DNA of 64,000 bases. It comes from the human T2T-CHM13v2.0 reference genome, Homo sapiens. The position numbers and the translations under genes were made by a program. Below, in pieces: positions 61,424-64,000 of the stretch; position 1 is the first letter of the stretch; the number at the start of each line of letters is the position of its first letter. Below the pieces are notes generated by a model that was not told the DNA's origin, ran no database searches, and saw only the letters and a program-made list of their open reading frames with translations. The stretch lies in NCBI RefSeq assembly GCF_009914755.1, contig NC_060947.1. One strand, 5' to 3'.

Positions 61424-62264
61424 AAAAATATTTAATTGAAAAGTAAAGATTTTATAGATCAAGGTGTACAACATAATTTGTTATATGTATACACACTGTG
61501 TATTATCACAATCAAATTATCACACCCATCACCACCCATGCTCTATATAAGATCCTAAGAACTTGTTCATCTTATAATTGAAAGTTTGTATCCTTGCTCA
61601 GTATCTCCCAATTTCCCTCACCCCTCAGACCTTGGCAACCACCATACAACTGTTTCTATGAGTTTAACTTTTTTAGACTTCACATAAAAAGTGAGATCAT
61701 ACAGTATTTGTCTTTCTATGTTTGGCTTATTTCACTTAGCATAATGTTTTCCAGGTTCACTCATGTTTTGCAAATGGCAGGATTCCCTTCTTTTATGGCT
61801 GATTAATATTCCATTGTGTATATTTCTTTATCCACTTTCTGTCAATGGACACTTAGGTTGTTATCTTGGCTACTGTGAATAATGCTGCAATGAACATGGG
61901 GGCACAGATATCTCTTCAATATACTATTTTCTTCCTTTGGATATATACCCAGAAGTGAGATTGCTGGATTGATCATATAGTAGTTCTATTTCCAATTTTC
62001 TGAGGAACCTCTATACTGTTTTCCATAATGGCTATGCCAATTTACATTCCAACCAACAGTGTACAAAGGTTCCCTTTTGTCCATATCCTTGCCAACACCT
62101 GTGTTCTCTTGTCTTTTTGATAACAGCCATCCTTAACAGGTGTGAGGTGATAGCTTATTGTGGTTTTGACTTGCATTTCCCTGATGATTAGTGATGTTGA
62201 GCACCTTTTCCTGTACCTATTAGCTATCTGCATGTCTTTTTTGGAGAAATGTCAATTCAGGTGT
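61424..62264 (-). mobile_element. 5'-truncated L1MA 3' end
   Basis: ORF 62042..62233 is an ORF2p C-terminal peptide ([25 protein letters not shown]). TSD aaaggtattcc(c)tttt at 61408-61423 and 62265-62279. Confidence 0.88.
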
Positions 62265-62786
62265 AAAGGTATTCCTTTTGTTCATCAAAGGTAGGATATT
62301 CCAAGTGTGAAAATAACACAATGGTCAATTAGTGAGTATACTGTGGAAATCGGTTTTCTATTACAGTTATCTCTTATCTGTGACATGCCCATTTGTTTCT
62401 AACATAGGATTGTCATTGGTCCACAATCACTGAAGCAACAGATCATTAGATTAGACTTCTCAAACTTTTCAACTGACGTACATCATAGGCAAAATAAATT
62501 AAAGGTGTGAAATGAGTAGGAATTGAGAGTTGCCGTAAGTGGCCCATCACAAATGGCAAATTTCATAATGCTTTATTTTTGTGAATTTTACATTCTACAC
62601 TATAACATACCTATATTTGTTTCAATATCAAATTTATGCTCTCAGTTTTAATTCTGGAAAACTGACATTCGAAGAAGAGACATCATGTTTACCCTGTGGC
62701 TTCATTTATCCTCTAGCACACCACCACATAGCTATAGTTTCCAATATGTTTAGATAAATGCTTCTTTCTTTCCTAATATGTCTAAT

Positions 62787-63485
62787 ATTCTCATACTTTC
62801 TTTTATTTAGCCATGATTTCCTTCAGTTCTTTGAAGAGGTTTACAACAACTGATTTAAAGTTTCATCTAGTAAGCACATCTAGGCTTCCTCAGTGACAGT
62901 TCTTATTGATTGCTTACGTCCCTGAATTAAGTGCCATAGTTTACTGTTGGTTGTATTTTAATTTTTTTGGTTGAAAACTAGACATTTTAAACAATATAAA
63001 GTGGAAAGTTTGGAAATCAGATCACTTCTCCCCTAAGGTTTGTTGTTACTGTTTGTTTAGTGACTTTCCTGGACTAGTTCTGTAAAGCCTATATTCCCTG
63101 TCATGTGTGTCCATTGAAGTATCTGTTCAGCTACCTAGTGGTCAGCTAATGATCGACATATTTTCTAAAATGTTTTGAACCAAGAGATCTTTCATCCTTT
63201 GCCAAAGGGCCCTGTGTTGGGTATGCCTTCAATGCTCTGAGAGTTTACAATTCTGCCATAGCCTTCACTTCCTGCTTGCACAGGGTCTAAAAGTCAGCCA
63301 CCTCAGGCAGATACAGTGCTAAACAATTGCTGCTGCTTGTTTTCAACAAATGTCCTGAGGATAGGGCTTTTCCACTGAGTCAGATCAAATAAAGACAAGC
63401 CTGGTGAATGGGGCCTTCCCAAGGAGCTGCCAGACAGGTCAAATAGTGACAAATATCTGGGGATAAGATATTTGAGGAGCTTGCA
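62787..63485. repeat. Direct ~700 bp copy of 58671-59366
   Basis: Manual alignment gives about 22 substitutions and 3 small indels over ~625 bp of the core. The first ~70 bp are much more diverged. Confidence 0.95.
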
Positions 63486-63775
63486 GGGGGTCTTAATCTA
63501 GAGTCCATTAGGAGGTCCTAGTCTAGAGTCCAAGGATAGATTTCAGGGGTGTTGTGAAGCCGACTTGTACTTTCCCAGCCAATGTTAGTTGAAACTCCTT
63601 GAATATTCTTAAGAAGCTGGCACTATAGGAAGCTTCTATGGAAACCTGATGAAAGATATGAAACTTCTAATCAGAAAAATGCACTTATACAAATCTTTGC
63701 ATGAAATTTCATTATGTCTGCCAACCCCCTAAAATCCATTCTTAGACACTAAATCAAAAATCCATGACTTTAAAC
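63484..63775. mobile_element. hAT-Charlie family MER remnant
   Basis: cagggggtcttaatct...gtccaaggatagatttcaggggt...ccccctaaaatccat resembles Charlie-type MITE ends. Subfamily uncertain. Confidence 0.45.
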
Positions 63776-64000
63776 ATATTAGAAAAAAAATTTTATTTAA
63801 ACATTTTGAAACCTACAATTTAAAACAAAACAGTAGAAAAAGAAGAAAGAAATAGTGCCAAATAATTTTTCAAGCATTCCAATCTTCCATGGGAATGGAA
63901 TCATAGAGTAAAAGATAAGCCTGTGCCATACTTCACTGAAAACCATAAGCACATAGTCCTACCATCTTGAATACAGCTACATATAACCAGGTCAGTCTCT

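Overview
Human (or great-ape) genomic DNA, AT-rich and repeat-rich. It lies inside the X-linked gene AMMECR1, which runs on the minus strand. I can support only one coding exon: 26399-26509 (111 nt), translating to [37 protein letters not shown] with the hallmark LRGCIG motif. The rest is long intron filled with L1, Alu, L2, MIR, MaLR LTR and DNA-transposon relics. Nearly all ORFs in the supplied track are L1/Alu remnants or chance ORFs, and the track misses the true exon frame. I found no CRISPR array, prokaryote-type system or clearly novel gene system. The most notable observations are: (1) a TSD-flanked ~1.2 kb retrocopy of an mRNA 3' UTR (resembling HNRNPA3, from memory) inserted sense to the host gene with poly(A) signals; (2) an in-frame skippable exon bracketed by inverted AluY/L1 copies; (3) a ~700 bp local duplication with a sharp identity step suggesting gene conversion; (4) a tailless U2 retropseudogene; (5) an L1 lacking both ends and its RT region; (6) a trimeric Alu; (7) a fold-back hairpin. 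Repeat subfamily calls and boundaries were made by eye from remembered consensus sequences and are approximate.
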